A stretch of DNA of 63,764 nucleotides, counting the filler, from Nemertoderma westbladi (taxonomy: Eukaryota; Animalia; Xenacoelomorpha), in assembly GCA_032718475.1 (NCBI GenBank). It is 4 parts of 4 records of this genome, joined end to end, with 100 filler letters (N's around TTAATTAATTAA, not from the genome) between each part and the next. Parts side by side here need not be neighbours in the genome. Positions count along the whole stretch, not along the records: positions 59,537 to 63,764 come from JAUCBJ010002356.1; 3 more parts are not named here. The stretch is one strand, 5' to 3'. The translations under genes and the position numbers were made by a program. Positions 61,181 to 63,764 of the stretch are shown here, in pieces. The notes under the pieces were generated by a model. It was not told where the DNA came from. It ran no database searches and saw only the letters and a list, made by a program, of their open reading frames with translations. Every line of letters starts with the position of its first letter. The stretch's first letter is position 1.

Positions 61181-63164
61181 AAATGCAGCTGCAATGCAGC
61201 ATGCCGATCCTAGTAGTACTCATTGGTTAAAACTTTACATAGGGCCTTTTTGAAGTAAAATATTGTCCGCTGGGATATAATAGGGCTTTACTTTACCACG
61301 CAATAATCATCACTTCCTATTGGTTAAAATGTTTAAATCTCAACCAGCTGATAGAGCATGTCTTAAAGTGTGGAAATTAATAAAAAAGTAAAAACCAACA
61401 AAAATCGACTTAGGGCCTTCATGACACTTGCTACTCTATATCATTCAAAATGTTTTCAGTTCTTTTAATGTTCATTTAATTTCGATGATTCTAGATTCAA
61501 TTTAGAGTCGCTGATTCCAAAAATGTAAACCGGTTTACAATTTTTTAAAACTTCATGTGTATAACGATCCCTGTAGGCCTACTAATAATTTTTTTCGAAA
61601 AAATGTTATAGAACAAAGAATGTGTACCCAGAAGCTTAATTGAACGCTAGCATGCTCTAGAACATTTAAAAATCGACAAAAACTAGCTAGTTTGAAAAAA
61701 ACTTTTTTTTAAATAAAATATTCTAGAAAAAAAGATGTTTTCTAGAACATTAATATTTTTGAATTGATATCTAACGTGATCTAGAACATTTAGAAATAGT
61801 AGCAAAAACTAGCTAGTGTAAAAAAATAATATTTTTAAATGAAATTTTCTAGAAAAATGATGTGATCTAAAACATTATTATTTTCTTAATTGATATCTAA
61901 CATGTTCTAGAACATTTGCTGTCATGTAATATTAATAATTTATATTATAATTGTAAAAACTAGCTAGTATAAAAAGTCTGGTCTATGGGTACGGTACCCA
62001 AGGTCTTGTAATACCAACAATTTCCGACGTTTGCGAAATTCGCAGTTTCTGTGCCCTAATGCACCACAGGATCTGCAGTAATGGTTCAACAGGGGCTGCC
62101 ATATACTGCAAGTGGATGTATGTAATTGTGGAGTTGCATATTACTGGCTTTGAAAACATAAATTAATTGAAAAACATGAATATCAAACAACATAATATAT
62201 TTCCGGTACTTTAATTAATTTGAATTTTTGACAAAGGGGAATTACATAGATTACCAGGTAATATGTCAGCTCTAGAAAGCTAGAAAGTAAAAAATAATAC
62301 AGTAATGAAATATAATGGCTGCTTTATTTAACTTGACATGATTACTGTTTATATGATGACAACAAATGTAAAGAATTTAGATTTTATTATTTCTTATTAT
62401 ATATTTTTGACAGAAATGTAACAAACCAAAACTTATAATAATTTATGTCACAGGATTTGGTCAGGCACAAGTCATCGTTATAACAATATGTGGCGTTATT
62501 CTCTCAACTTGTTTCATAGTGGCCTGTTGCTTGCGTTTATGGTAAGTTGGTCAGATTAAAAATGGTCGAATAATGCATTCTAAAAGTTTGATAAAAAGGC
62601 AAAAAAATTAATGTTTTCGGTATGAAATAATCAACTGCTTGCTTAATAATTGTATCCCCATTTCTTTGAACAGCACTATTTTTTGTAGGAGCTGTTGAAT
62701 TTGGTTAAGTTGGAGTTTTCTTATTAATTTGTTAATATTAATTAAAACTATTTTGTGCTATTAATTATTTATTATGATTTCCTTTATTTCTCCGGATGTT
62801 AAATCCATTGACACATTTTATACACTAAATAATATAAGCAATATATAAACTACCTACATACAACAATATGCAGCACAAATTGAACTAAATAATAAACTGA
62901 AATTAAATCACGAAACTCAAAAGGTCAGAGTAATAGTTATTAATTTAGCTCACGGCTTATCTGCGAGCCACTTACTTAAATACCAACATTTTTTTTTCCC
63001 ACAGGAGTATTAAGACCCTTTTTTTTTATTCTGAGTGTTTATTATAAGGCTATTGAGTGTAAACGTGCGTAATAATTATTTAATTTACATGCAATCTCTG
63101 CATCAATAAATATAAAATGTAAAAGTATGACAATGGTTTTATCATTAATAGAGTTAAATAGATC

Positions 63165-63764
63165 GCCCATATGTGAAGTATACCAGGGTTTCAGTTTTCG
63201 GTCGAAATTGAACAGGAATTTTATATATTAAGAAATAGTATTTTTCTAAATTTCTCCTTATTACGTGTTTTATAGCGCTTTTTTCCGCCTTATAACCTCC
63301 TGTATAGATACTTATTCGTTTATTGTTTTGGTTAGAATCAGCCCTTTTAGAAAAACCTGAAGTTTTAGTGAAAACCGGGTATTTTTCACATGGGGTAAAC
63401 TGCAAAGTGAAAAATAACGGGAGAAAGTCTGGTATTCTTCACATGGGGGTAACTGCAAAGTGAAATATAACGGCAGAAAGTCTGGTATTCTTCACATGGG
63501 GGTAACTGCAAAGTGAAATATATCAGCCAAAAGTCTGGTATTCTACACATGGGGGTAACTGCAAAGTGAAATATAACGGCAGAAAGTCTGGTATTCTTCA
63601 CATGGGGGTAACTGCAAAGTGAAATATAACGGGAGAAAGTCTGGTATTCTTCACATGGGGGTAACTGCAAAGTGAAATATATCAGCCAAAAGTCTGGCAT
63701 TCTTCACATGGGGGAAAACTGCAAAGTGAAATATAACGGCAGAAAGTCTGGTGTTACGGTATAT
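63165..63764. repeat. MITE of the 13625 family expanded into a 53-bp tandem array (7 copies, from about 63387 to near the window end)
   Basis: 63165-63390 aligns with 13625-13850. Unit CACATGGGGGTAACTGCAAAGTGAAATATAACGGCAGAAAGTCTGGTATTCTT. Confidence 0.9.

Noticed and set aside
63387-63764. CRISPR-like repeat with a variable segment
   Set aside because: The variable part is only about 8 nt and recurs as three variants, so this is a satellite.

Overview
AT-rich, intron-containing eukaryotic DNA, most likely from an invertebrate animal. It is built from four contigs joined by artificial 100-nt spacers (N44-TTAATTAATTAA-N44). I recognise two host genes: the first three coding exons of AP-2 alpha-adaptin (minus strand, 25377-28368) and an intronless ALG5 (56498-57451). 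Almost everything else is nested mobile DNA. (1) The terminus of a Polinton/adintovirus-like element, with a zinc-finger plus PolB N-terminal ORF missed by the ORF track, a PC4-like ORF and an AGTAGT end; it sits inside an RTE LINE that is also split by a CR1-type LINE. (2) A complete but decayed GC-rich CsRn1-type Gypsy element inside a hAT MITE. (3) Six co-oriented, partly self-nested Helitron-like non-autonomous elements with subterminal inverted repeats. (4) A young RTE LINE family. (5) A Penelope-like RT/GIY-YIG element with a 15-bp TSD, an internal array of about 19 x 98-bp G/T-skewed repeats and a minimal hammerhead ribozyme. (6) Many MITEs, one of which seeds a 53-bp satellite. Comparing repeat copies also shows frequent short insertions at TA sites (TACAGTA, TAGGCCTA, TACCGGTA) that look like transposon excision footprints. 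All calls come from manual reading and motif recall; no database searches were run.
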